Part shown: positions 1-10,606 of the stretch, piece by piece
How positions within the stretch are numbered: position 1 is the first letter of the stretch
How the letters are laid out: each line of letters opens with the position of its first letter
Source: Eledone cirrhosa
Lineage: Eukaryota
Length of the DNA stretch: 64,000 nt
Assembly: GCA_964016885.1 (NCBI GenBank)
Contig: OZ024743.1
Span: 259,222,001 to 259,286,000, forward strand
Reading direction: 5' to 3'
Program-made: the position numbers and the translations under genes
The notes under the pieces: generated by a model
Told to the model about the DNA's origin: nothing
Seen by the model: the letters and a program-made list of their open reading frames with translations, nothing else
Databases searched by the model: none

Positions 1-306
1 CCCACTACAACATCATGCTGGTGGGACTCTGTGAGACACGCTAGCAGGTTCCCTTCCGCCAGGTACCCTTCAACCGATCCATTGAAAATTCAGCCCATTG
101 ACACAACCTTCGCTGATCCATCCACCAATGACAACTGTAATTGCCTGCTGCCCCTGTGCCACAACCGTAATCTCTGTATCTCCGACACCTGATTCCTCCA
201 CAAACTAATCCATCACCGGACTTGGTACAGTCCGGACGGGTACACCCAGAAGGTAATCAACCAAATCATCATCTCCCGCCGCTGGAGGTCCTTTGTCACC
301 AACAGA
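1..306 (+). pseudogene. Decayed AP-endonuclease fragment of a LINE (RTE/CR1-like ORF2 N-terminus)
   Basis: Manual translation gives HYNIMLVGLCETR* (3-44) and STNDNCNCLLPLCHNRNLCISDT*FLHKLIHHRTWYSPDGYTQKVINQIIISRRWRSFVTN (121-303). These match the APE motifs L.ETRW and TW.SPDG.T.NQIDHI. Stops and an internal deletion are present. Confidence 0.8.
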
Positions 307-584
307 GGAACTCTGCTCAACAATGCTTGTTTATTTGATTGATTAAATAATTAATCTGTATATCGTCATTTATATTTTCGATTCCATTTCGTTAAAATTG
401 AAACGGATGTAGTAATTGATAAAATGAATTGAAGTATTATCTTTGTTTTTTTTTTACCCAAATTGAATTATGGTGATTATTTTCCATATATGATTAAAAC
501 ATTGGACTTTTACAAATTTGGTAACGAACAAGTGTTATACCCACGTCTATTCATTTTTCTCTCTGTCTGTCTCTCTCCTTCTCT

Positions 585-586
<2 letters not shown>

Positions 587-663
<77 letters not shown>

Positions 664-674
664 TATATATATAT
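587..674. repeat. (CA)n followed by short (TA)n microsatellite
   Basis: Direct reading. Confidence 0.95.
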
Positions 675-744
675 CCAACATAAACACAGGATTGGATTGA
701 ACTAGTTTTTGGAAGAGCGCTAATCATGTAATTATTTGAGGTTG

Positions 745-1048
745 TTGTTGGAACTCTATCACGCCAAGGATGAGCCATCCAGTTGATTCTGTTCATGAAA
801 TTAACGTGCAAAGACCTGAGAATTCCATAGATATGTGCATTTTTAACGTAGTTCTGGGGGGGGGGGGGGAATTCAGTATCACACTGGCCTATGAGACTGG
901 CCTTTCGAATTACAAGTACACGTATCCTTTTCTCCCAGTTGTGTTGACTGAAGCAACGAGAAATAAGGTGTCTTGCTCAATGAGTAAATGCGCTGCCGGG
1001 GATCGAACTCACCACATTACGATAATGAACCGAACACCCTAACCATTT
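745..1048 (-). mobile_element. tRNA-derived SINE, family B (decayed)
   Basis: The minus strand has a tRNA-like head (TGGTTAGGGTG A-box-like, GAGTTCGATCCC B-box) then TTGAGCAAGACAC. The body resembles copies near 15.5k, 40.3k, 47.3k and 48.7k. Confidence 0.7.
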
Positions 1049-2614
1049 ATTTGTAGTGCGTATCTCCTGAAAGGTTTAAACATATCACCCAATCAGAAAT
1101 TAAAATCCATAATTTATTCCTGCTTCACCTAAATGTAAAGTACACCCCTGTTGAAGTATGGAAGTTATAACATTACAAATAATAAAGAATTATCAAAAAT
1201 ACAAAAGAAACAAAAACAAAATACAACAAAAGTCAACCAAATCACACGATGTAAGAATCCCCGAGTAAAAATATCACTGTGGTAAAAAAAAAAAATAATA
1301 ATAAAGAAACGTGTTAACAAAAACCGATTCTCGTTTTGCTAGAAAGGTTAATCTGGTTGTTAATACATGCAATGCCTAGCCAATGTAATATGTACTGATG
1401 TTGTTATTTCCACTAAAAGATTGCCTGTCTTTCTCTTTGGCTGAAGAATATTGCTGGCATTTAAATGGAAGCTGTTTACGTTGAATAAAATACCAAAGAA
1501 AATACCCAGATTGCGATGTAAACAACATTCAAAGCTTTACAACTAGTTAACGTTTGTTTACAACTGTTTTTTATAAAGATCATAACAATGGTGAGATGTT
1601 AAGGTCTATTAAACATACTCTATGGATGATTATATTCCGTCGGAAATAGCATAAACATGTTTCGAATACATTCTAAAAAGAACTAGGATCAGTTTCTAAT
1701 TGAAACTTAAGATATGTTAGATGTAAGTGAAAATAGAGGCATTTATGGAAGCATATACAATATATTTATATATAATAAACATCTATAACTGTGATATGAC
1801 CAATATGTTTCTGTATGATAAACATACACAAGTCTAGCTGTGGATATTTTAATTTGTGATCATGTCGCAACTACTACAATAACAAACCGAGACAGTTGTG
1901 ACATGATCACCGCATAAAATACCCACGGTGAGGCCTATATATGTTTGTTATACATACACATATTGTATATGCTTCTATATACGGCTCTGTTATGAATCTG
2001 TTAGTGTTACTGCTAATTAATACTAGCTCGTCAAGTCTGCATTATATGCAGATAAGCATCCCCTTAAATATACCATTAGCAAAATATATATAAGCTATAT
2101 ATAACATATTTTTAGACAGTACATAGTGTGTATAGGTCATTGAAGATGATTGAAACCCTGAAATACAAATATTTGACGTTTTCATGCGGTGACTGACGTA
2201 GCTGAGACACGACCACAGCCTAAAGCATCTACAGTGAGGTATATGTATATTATTATAATAAACATATTGTATATGATTCCACCTCTATTATGAATCAAGC
2301 TATGTTGCTGTTACTACTAAAAAAGAGAAAATATTTTGCGAAGAATATATTTTAGTCTGTTCACATTATATAAATATATCGCATGAATGATTAAGTGGAA
2401 CGAAACACATTTTAAAGCAAATTAAGATAGATGAAGCTTAAATCTGTTTACATTCACTTGAAAACGGTCAAAGAAGACAGTTGGATTTAACATACCAGAA
2501 GACATTTAACTGATGCTGTATACACACACACACGTATATATATATATATATATATATATATGTAAGTATGTATGTACACGTACATACATATATGTATACA
2601 GACGTACAGTAGCA

Positions 2615-2666
<52 letters not shown>

Positions 2667-2839
2667 CATACACACATGCATACAGGCACACATACATATA
2701 TGCACGCATCAGTTTAGCCGGCGTTTATTATAACGCCGGCCGCTTTGTTCGTTTGTTTGTCAACAAAGCGAACAGCCTGAATTTATGCCATACGGTGTTA
2801 AGGCAACCACGTCACCTTTTTGTTCAACACTGACACAGG

Positions 2840-2884
2840 AACGATGTACTAGTTTCAAGCTTGTTAGCTATCATCAGCACCGTT
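2840..2884 (-). ncRNA. Type I hammerhead ribozyme (array copy 1)
   Basis: Minus strand AACGGTG-CTGATGA-T-AGCT-AACA-AGCT-T-GAAA-CTAG-TA-CATCGTT: 7-bp stem I, intact core, stem II, palindromic minimal stem III (ACUAGU), GUA cleavage triplet. Confidence 0.9.
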
Positions 2885-3118
2885 TACCCATCTGCCAGAT
2901 AGTTGAACGTTCGAAAGTATATACTTTCCTTATGAAAATTAACGGCTGAGCAGCCTAATTTGCATATTGAGTGAGTTAAATCGGTCAGGCATACCGAAAA
3001 CGATAAGTTGAAAAAAATGAAAACGAAATTTCATTTCTCACTCTTAGTATGGCACTTACTTAAATGTAAGTATGTATGTACACGTACATACATATATGTA
3101 TACAGACGTACAGTAGCA

Positions 3119-3164
<46 letters not shown>

Positions 3165-3337
3165 CATACACACATGCATACAGGCACACATACATATATG
3201 CACGCATCAGTTTAGCCGGCGTTTATTATAACGCCGGCCGCTTTGTTCGTTTGTTTGTCAACAAAGCGAACAGCCTGAATTTATGCCATACGGTGTTAAG
3301 GCAACCACGTCACCTTTTTGTTCAACACTGACACAGG

Positions 3338-3382
3338 AACGATGTACTAGTTTCAAGCTTGTTAGCTATCATCAGCACCGTT
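3338..3382 (-). ncRNA. Type I hammerhead ribozyme (array copy 2)
   Basis: Identical to copy 1. Confidence 0.9.
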
Positions 3383-3616
3383 TACCCATCTGCCAGATAG
3401 TTGAACGTTCGAAAGTATATACTTTCCTTATGAAAATTAACGGCTGAGCAGCCTAATTTGCATATTGAGTGAGTTAAATCGGTCAGGCATACCGAAAACG
3501 ATAAGTTGAAAAAAATGAAAACGAAATTTCATTTCTCACTCTTAGTATGGCACTTACTTAAATGTAAGTATGTATGTACACGTACATACATATATGTATA
3601 CAGACGTACAGTAGCA

Positions 3617-3666
<50 letters not shown>

Positions 3667-3839
3667 CATACACACATGCATACAGGCACACATACATATA
3701 TGCACGCATCAGTTTAGCCGGCGTTTATTATAACGCCGGCCGCTTTGTTCGTTTGTTTGTCAACAAAGCGAACAGCCTGAATTTATGCCATACGGTGTTA
3801 AGGCAACCACGTCACCTTTTTGTTCAACACTGACACAGG

Positions 3840-3884
3840 AACGATGTACTAGTTTCAAGCTTGTTAGCTATCATCAGCACCGTT
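3840..3884 (-). ncRNA. Type I hammerhead ribozyme (array copy 3)
   Basis: Identical to copy 1. Confidence 0.9.
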
Positions 3885-4118
3885 TACCCATCTGCCAGAT
3901 AGTTGAACGTTCGAAAGTATATACTTTCCTTATGAAAATTAACGGCTGAGCAGCCTAATTTGCATATTGAGTGAGTTAAATCGGTCAGGCATACCGAAAA
4001 CGATAAGTTGAAAAAAATGAAAACGAAATTTCATTTCTCACTCTTAGTATGGCACTTACTTAAATGTAAGTATGTATGTACACGTACATACATATATGTA
4101 TACAGACGTACAGTAGCA

Positions 4119-4174
<56 letters not shown>

Positions 4175-4347
4175 CATACACACATGCATACAGGCACACA
4201 TACATATATGCACGCATCAGTTTAGCCGGCGTTTATTATAACGCCGGCCGCTTTGTTCGTTTGTTTGTCAACAAAGCGAACAGCCTGAATTTATGCCATA
4301 CGGTGTTAAGGCAACCACGTCACCTTTTTGTTCAACACTGACACAGG

Positions 4348-4392
4348 AACGATGTACTAGTTTCAAGCTTGTTAGCTATCATCAGCACCGTT
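4348..4392 (-). ncRNA. Type I hammerhead ribozyme (array copy 4)
   Basis: Identical to copy 1. Confidence 0.9.
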
Positions 4393-4626
4393 TACCCATC
4401 TGCCAGATAGTTGAACGTTCGAAAGTATATACTTTCCTTATGAAAATTAACGGCTGAGCAGCCTAATTTGCATATTGAGTGAGTTAAATCGGTCAGGCAT
4501 ACCGAAAACGATAAGTTGAAAAAAATGAAAACGAAATTTCATTTCTCACTCTTAGTATGGCACTTACTTAAATGTAAGTATGTATGTACACGTACATACA
4601 TATATGTATACAGACGTACAGTAGCA

Positions 4627-4686
<60 letters not shown>

Positions 4687-4859
4687 CATACACACATGCA
4701 TACAGGCACACATACATATATGCACGCATCAGTTTAGCCGGCGTTTATTATAACGCCGGCCGCTTTGTTCGTTTGTTTGTCAACAAAGCGAACAGCCTGA
4801 ATTTATGCCATACGGTGTTAAGGCAACCACGTCACCTTTTTGTTCAACACTGACACAGG

Positions 4860-4904
4860 AACGATGTACTAGTTTCAAGCTTGTTAGCTATCATCAGCAC
4901 CGTT
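4860..4904 (-). ncRNA. Type I hammerhead ribozyme (array copy 5)
   Basis: Identical to copy 1. Confidence 0.9.
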
Positions 4905-5138
4905 TACCCATCTGCCAGATAGTTGAACGTTCGAAAGTATATACTTTCCTTATGAAAATTAACGGCTGAGCAGCCTAATTTGCATATTGAGTGAGTTAAA
5001 TCGGTCAGGCATACCGAAAACGATAAGTTGAAAAAAATGAAAACGAAATTTCATTTCTCACTCTTAGTATGGCACTTACTTAAATGTAAGTATGTATGTA
5101 CACGTACATACATATATGTATACAGACGTACAGTAGCA

Positions 5139-5186
<48 letters not shown>

Positions 5187-5359
5187 CATACACACATGCA
5201 TACAGGCACACATACATATATGCACGCATCAGTTTAGCCGGCGTTTATTATAACGCCGGCCGCTTTGTTCGTTTGTTTGTCAACAAAGCGAACAGCCTGA
5301 ATTTATGCCATACGGTGTTAAGGCAACCACGTCACCTTTTTGTTCAACACTGACACAGG

Positions 5360-5404
5360 AACGATGTACTAGTTTCAAGCTTGTTAGCTATCATCAGCAC
5401 CGTT
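5360..5404 (-). ncRNA. Type I hammerhead ribozyme (array copy 6)
   Basis: Identical to copy 1. Confidence 0.9.
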
Positions 5405-5638
5405 TACCCATCTGCCAGATAGTTGAACGTTCGAAAGTATATACTTTCCTTATGAAAATTAACGGCTGAGCAGCCTAATTTGCATATTGAGTGAGTTAAA
5501 TCGGTCAGGCATACCGAAAACGATAAGTTGAAAAAAATGAAAACGAAATTTCATTTCTCACTCTTAGTATGGCACTTACTTAAATGTAAGTATGTATGTA
5601 CACGTACATACATATATGTATACAGACGTACAGTAGCA

Positions 5639-5696
<58 letters not shown>

Positions 5697-5869
5697 CATA
5701 CACACATGCATACAGGCACACATACATATATGCACGCATCAGTTTAGCCGGCGTTTATTATAACGCCGGCCGCTTTGTTCGTTTGTTTGTCAACAAAGCG
5801 AACAGCCTGAATTTATGCCATACGGTGTTAAGGCAACCACGTCACCTTTTTGTTCAACACTGACACAGG

Positions 5870-5914
5870 AACGATGTACTAGTTTCAAGCTTGTTAGCTA
5901 TCATCAGCACCGTT
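5870..5914 (-). ncRNA. Type I hammerhead ribozyme (array copy 7)
   Basis: Identical to copy 1. Confidence 0.9.
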
Positions 5915-6148
5915 TACCCATCTGCCAGAAAGTTGAACGTTCGAAAGTATATACTTTCCTTATGAAAATTAACGGCTGAGCAGCCTAATTTGCATATTGA
6001 GTGAGTTAAATCGGTCAGGCATACCGAAAACGATAAGTTGAAAAAAATGAAAACGAAATTTCATTTCTCACTCTTAGTATGGCACTTACTTAAATGTAAG
6101 TATGTATGTACACGTACATACATATATGTATACAGACGTACAGTAGCA

Positions 6149-6202
<54 letters not shown>

Positions 6203-6375
6203 CATACACACATGCATACAGGCACACATACATATATGCACGCATCAGTTTAGCCGGCGTTTATTATAACGCCGGCCGCTTTGTTCGTTTGTTTGTCAAC
6301 AAAGCGAACAGCCTGAATTTATGCCATACGGTGTTAAGGCAACCACGTCACCTTTTTGTTCAACACTGACACAGG

Positions 6376-6420
6376 AACGATGTACTAGTTTCAAGCTTGT
6401 TAGCTATCATCAGCACCGTT
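6376..6420 (-). ncRNA. Type I hammerhead ribozyme (array copy 8)
   Basis: Identical to copy 1. Confidence 0.9.
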
Positions 6421-6654
6421 TACCCATCTGCCAGATAGTTGAACGTTCGAAAGTATATACTTTCCTTATGAAAATTAACGGCTGAGCAGCCTAATTTGCA
6501 TATTGAGTGAGTTAAATCGGTCAGGCATACCGAAAACGATAAGTTGAAAAAAATGAAAACGAAATTTCATTTCTCACTCTTAGTATGGCACTTACTTAAA
6601 TGTAAGTATGTATGTACACGTACATACATATATGTATACAGACGTACAGTAGCA

Positions 6655-6708
<54 letters not shown>

Positions 6709-6872
6709 CATACACACATGCATACAGGCACACATACATATATGCACGCATCATAAATTCAGGCTGTTCGCTTTGTTGACAAACAAACGAACAAAGCGGC
6801 CGGCGTTATAATAAACGCCGGCTAAACTGATGCGTGCATATATGTATGTGTGCCTGTATGCATGTGTGTATG

Positions 6873-6928
<56 letters not shown>

Positions 6929-7081
6929 TGCTACTGTACGTCTGTATACATATATGTATGTACGTGTACATACATACTTACATTTAAGTAAGTGCCATAC
7001 TAAGAGTGAGAAATGAAATTTCGTTTTCATTTTTTTCAACTTATCGTTTTCGGTATGCCTGACCGATTTAACTCACTCAAT

Positions 7082-7129
7082 ATGCAAATTAGGCTGCTCA
7101 GCCGTTAATTTTCATAAGGAAAGTATATA
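7082..7129 (+). promoter_or_regulatory. Candidate octamer + TATA module upstream of the hammerhead (present in every complete array unit)
   Basis: ATGCAAAT at 7082-7089 and TATATA at 7124-7129. The same order and 42-44 nt spacing occur in two other hammerhead families (9658/9701 on +; 59335/59291 on -). Confidence 0.5.
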
Positions 7130-7162
7130 CTTTCGAACGTTCAACTATCTGGCAGATGGGTA

Positions 7163-7207
7163 AACGGTGCTGATGATAGCTAACAAGCTTGAAACTAGTA
7201 CATCGTT
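7163..7207 (+). ncRNA. Type I hammerhead ribozyme (array copy 9)
   Basis: aacggtg ctgatga t agct aaca agct t gaaa ctag ta catcgtt on the plus strand, predicted cleavage between 7200 and 7201. Confidence 0.9.
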
Positions 7208-7380
7208 CCTGTGTCAGTGTTGAACAAAAAGGTGACGTGGTTGCCTTAACACCGTATGGCATAAATTCAGGCTGTTCGCTTTGTTGACAAACAAACGAAC
7301 AAAGCGGCCGGCGTTATAATAAACGCCGGCTAAACTGATGCGTGCATATATGTATGTGTGCCTGTATGCATGTGTGTATG

Positions 7381-7436
<56 letters not shown>

Positions 7437-7670
7437 TGCTACTGTACGTCTGTATACATATATGTATGTACGTGTACATACATACTTACATTTAAGTAAG
7501 TGCCATACTAAGAGTGAGAAATGAAATTTCGTTTTCATTTTTTTCAACTTATCGTTTTCGGTATGCCTGACCGATTTAACTCACTCAATATGCAAATTAG
7601 GCTGCTCAGCCGTTAATTTTCATAAGGAAAGTATATACTTTCGAACGTTCAACTATCTGGCAGATGGGTA

Positions 7671-7715
7671 AACGGTGCTGATGATAGCTAACAAGCTTGA
7701 AACTAGTACATCGTT
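7671..7715 (+). ncRNA. Type I hammerhead ribozyme (array copy 10)
   Basis: Identical to copy 9. Confidence 0.9.
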
Positions 7716-7888
7716 CCTGTGTCAGTGTTGAACAAAAAGGTGACGTGGTTGCCTTAACACCGTATGGCATAAATTCAGGCTGTTCGCTTTGTTGACAAAC
7801 AAACGAACAAAGCGGCCGGCGTTATAATAAACGCCGGCTAAACTGATGCGTGCATATATGTATGTGTGCCTGTATGCATGTGTGTATG

Positions 7889-7948
<60 letters not shown>

Positions 7949-8182
7949 TGCTACTGTACGTCTGTATACATATATGTATGTACGTGTACATACATACTTA
8001 CATTTAAGTAAGTGCCATACTAAGAGTGAGAAATGAAATTTCGTTTTCATTTTTTTCAACTTATCGTTTTCGGTATGCCTGACCGATTTAACTCACTCAA
8101 TATGCAAATTAGGCTGCTCAGCCGTTAATTTTCATAAGGAAAGTATATACTTTCGAACGTTCAACTATCTGGCAGATGGGTA

Positions 8183-8227
8183 AACGGTGCTGATGATAGC
8201 TAACAAGCTTGAAACTAGTACATCGTT
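8183..8227 (+). ncRNA. Type I hammerhead ribozyme (array copy 11)
   Basis: Identical to copy 9. Confidence 0.9.
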
Positions 8228-8400
8228 CCTGTGTCAGTGTTGAACAAAAAGGTGACGTGGTTGCCTTAACACCGTATGGCATAAATTCAGGCTGTTCGCT
8301 TTGTTGACAAACAAACGAACAAAGCGGCCGGCGTTATAATAAACGCCGGCTAAACTGATGCGTGCATATATGTATGTGTGCCTGTATGCATGTGTGTATG

Positions 8401-8454
<54 letters not shown>

Positions 8455-8565
8455 TGCTACTGTACGTCTGTATACATATATGTATGTACGTGTACATACA
8501 TACTTACATTTAAGTAAGTGCCATACTAAGAGTGAGAAATGAAATTTCGTTTTCATTTTTTTCAA

Positions 8566-8618
<53 letters not shown>

Positions 8619-9149
8619 CGTCAGTTAAACGTAAGTAGATTTAAGCGTCGAAACAGCGAAAAATCCATCTCAACGGCTTGGAGATCAGTATCTTTCGTTT
8701 GTCTTTTTATTTTCCAAAATATTTTCGTAAGGTTTGCCCGTTAAAAAATATTTATTTTTTGGCTTTGCCTTGTTTTCGTTCGTTGTCTTCTCTTTGTTAA
8801 TTATCTCAATTTTATTATATACTTGCTGAGGTACCCAGCTTCTACCGGGTAAAATGGTGATAAGAAAAGACCGGTAGAAGAGAAAAGGACTGTTTTTGGA
8901 TACGTTGTTTGGTTTACAGTATGAGGCGAGACCGTTGAGTGTGTGTGTGTGTGACAAAACAAAAACAGTTAAAAATCTTCCAAATACAACAGATTCTTCC
9001 TTTTACCATCCGTGTATAGTATATAAAGATTTTTAGGTGTTCACACCCGCGAACAACCTGCTTATAACTGTCCATATGTAAAAGCCGATTCTCTCATATT
9101 CAATCCTATAACTTTGTGAATCTGACCCGAGCCTTCTTTATATATATAT

Positions 9150-9195
<46 letters not shown>

Positions 9196-9298
9196 AATAT
9201 TTCGTATCTCCAAAGAAATACGGTTTTAGGAAGCCGTAGCTATGCAAACACCGGGGGGCTAATGCTCTCTGGTGATGTCCAGCAGAAGCAAGGGGACA

Positions 9299-9342
9299 AC
9301 CGTCTATGCATTTCAGGTTTAACTGGCCATCGTCAGGACGGT
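9299..9342 (-). ncRNA. Type I hammerhead ribozyme
   Basis: ACCGTC-CTGACGA-TGG-CCAGTTAAA-CCT-GAAA-TGCA-TA-GACGGT: perfect 6-bp stem I, palindromic stem III AUGCAU, weak stem II. Confidence 0.75.
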
Positions 9343-9750
9343 CCCTCCCACCGCTTGCGACTGCTGGACTAGAATACAGGCGAGAATATATAGTTTTCTC
9401 GTCTGTGTAAATGAGGTGATTAATCTCATTTGCATATTAAGCTGCATAAGTTGGTTCAACTTATAATAAAAAAGAAATAGGATTTTGCTTCAAGCATATC
9501 TTTATACAATTTGTATAAATATTTCGTATCTCCAAATAAATACGATTTTAGGAAGCCGTAGCTATGCAAACACCGGGGGCTAACGGCCTCAAGCTATGCT
9601 TGAAGCGAAATCCTATTTCTTTTTTATTATAAGTTCAGCCAAGTTATGCAGCTTAATATGCAAATGAGATTAATCACCTCATTTACACAGACGAGAAAAC
9701 TATATATTCTCACCTGTCTTCTCGTCCAGCAGTCGCAAGCGGTGGGAGGG

Positions 9751-9794
9751 ACCATCCTGACGATGGCCAGTTAAACCTGAAATGCATAGACGGT
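9751..9794 (+). ncRNA. Type I hammerhead ribozyme
   Basis: Inverted partner of 9299-9342 with one stem I mismatch. Confidence 0.7.
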
Positions 9795-10038
9795 CATCCT
9801 CCTTGCTTCTGCTGGACATCACCAGAGGGCGTTAGCCCCCCGGTGTTTGCATAGCTACGGCTCCCTAAATCGGTATTTCTTTGGAGATACGAAATATTTA
9901 TACAAATTGTATAAATCTATGCTTGAAGCGAAATCCTATTTCTTATATATATATATATTTATATAATATAAATATACGCCCACAAAGACACCAAATATAT
10001 TTATGTCAGTGTGTATATATAGATACCCCCCCCCCCCC

Positions 10039-10070
<32 letters not shown>

Positions 10071-10555
10071 GTGTGTATATTAAACCTGGCATGTTAAACA
10101 TGCGACCCTTTAAACGCACATCTGCGGCTCACATAACGGTTTTTACAGCGCGAACATATTTTATCTTCGTAATATAGAATTAAAAAAATAGTTGTAATGT
10201 GTGCAATTGGTTGTCGTGTGTGGCCCTCAGACAACACATATGTGACCCATGTGGCCCTCGGGGGATCATCAGTTTGACATGCCTGATCTAGACTACATTT
10301 TAACCTGCAATCCATGTTTCTTTTCTGGCCCCCCTCATCCCCCCCTCTCTTTCCCTCTGTGAAATTTTAATCTACTATGATTTGGGCTTACATTATACAT
10401 ATATATATATGTTTTTGCATGTCAGTTAGATTCAAACTTACAATGATTATATATATATATATATATATAGTAAGTTATTCCGGGTTCAATCGGAGGTAAC
10501 CACAGTAAGTAAGGTACTCAATACATAGCAGAGTATAACAGTTTTAATATAGATG

Positions 10556-10606
10556 AGATTCTACAGGACTAGAACTGTTTCATTATTTAGAAATCATCAG
10601 GAATCT
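10556..10606 (-). ncRNA. Type I hammerhead ribozyme in a Penelope-LTR-like fragment (10470-10606)
   Basis: AGATTC-CTGATGA-TTT-CTAAAT-AAT-GAAA-CAG-TTCTAGTC-CTG-TA-GAATCT: perfect stem I, 4-bp stem III, GUA. The downstream tail runs into (TA)n at 10449-10469. Confidence 0.75.

Larger units (their letters stand above)
2561..6753 (-). repeat. Tandem array of ~500-bp hammerhead-containing units (retrozyme-like), left arm, ~8.4 copies
   Basis: Periods are 498, 502, 508, 512, 500, 510 and 506 bp, differing only in internal (TA)n length. One substitution was seen (5930). The hammerhead reads on the minus strand and the left end abuts (TA)n at 2535-2560. Confidence 0.95.
6752..8568 (+). repeat. Same ~500-bp unit in inverted orientation, right arm, ~3.6 copies
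   Basis: Exact reverse complement of the left-arm unit, periods 508, 512, 506. The junction at 6752-6753 has a 2-nt (CA) overlap and the right end abuts (TA)n at 8568-8615. Confidence 0.95.
9192..9945. mobile_element. Non-autonomous hammerhead element, ~323-bp unit, head-to-head arms, inserted in (TA)n
   Basis: The left arm (minus, ~1.2 units; 9195 recurs at 9517) and right arm (plus, ~1.1 units; 9595 recurs at 9918) are reverse complements. Both outer ends join (TA)n. Confidence 0.85.
9030..10285 (+). mobile_element. Second copy of the 3' end of the hAT transposon, interrupted by a hammerhead element
   Basis: 9030-9140 matches 13935-14044 and 9955-10285 matches 14098-14524. It ends in TIR gtttgacatgcctg followed by the 8-mer atctagac. 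Confidence 0.85.

Noticed and set aside
1732-2300. Degenerate inverted and direct similarities around catattgtatatg
   Set aside because: Too short and AT-rich to define an element by eye.
3008-8565. Repeated ORFs [15 protein letters not shown]... in the array
   Set aside because: They run through (TA)n whose length changes the frame from copy to copy, begin at TTG, and lie antisense to the ribozyme. They are not credible proteins.
2561-8568. CRISPR-like or snRNA/rDNA tandem gene array
   Set aside because: There are no unique spacers and no recognisable 5S, U snRNA or tRNA sequence in the unit.
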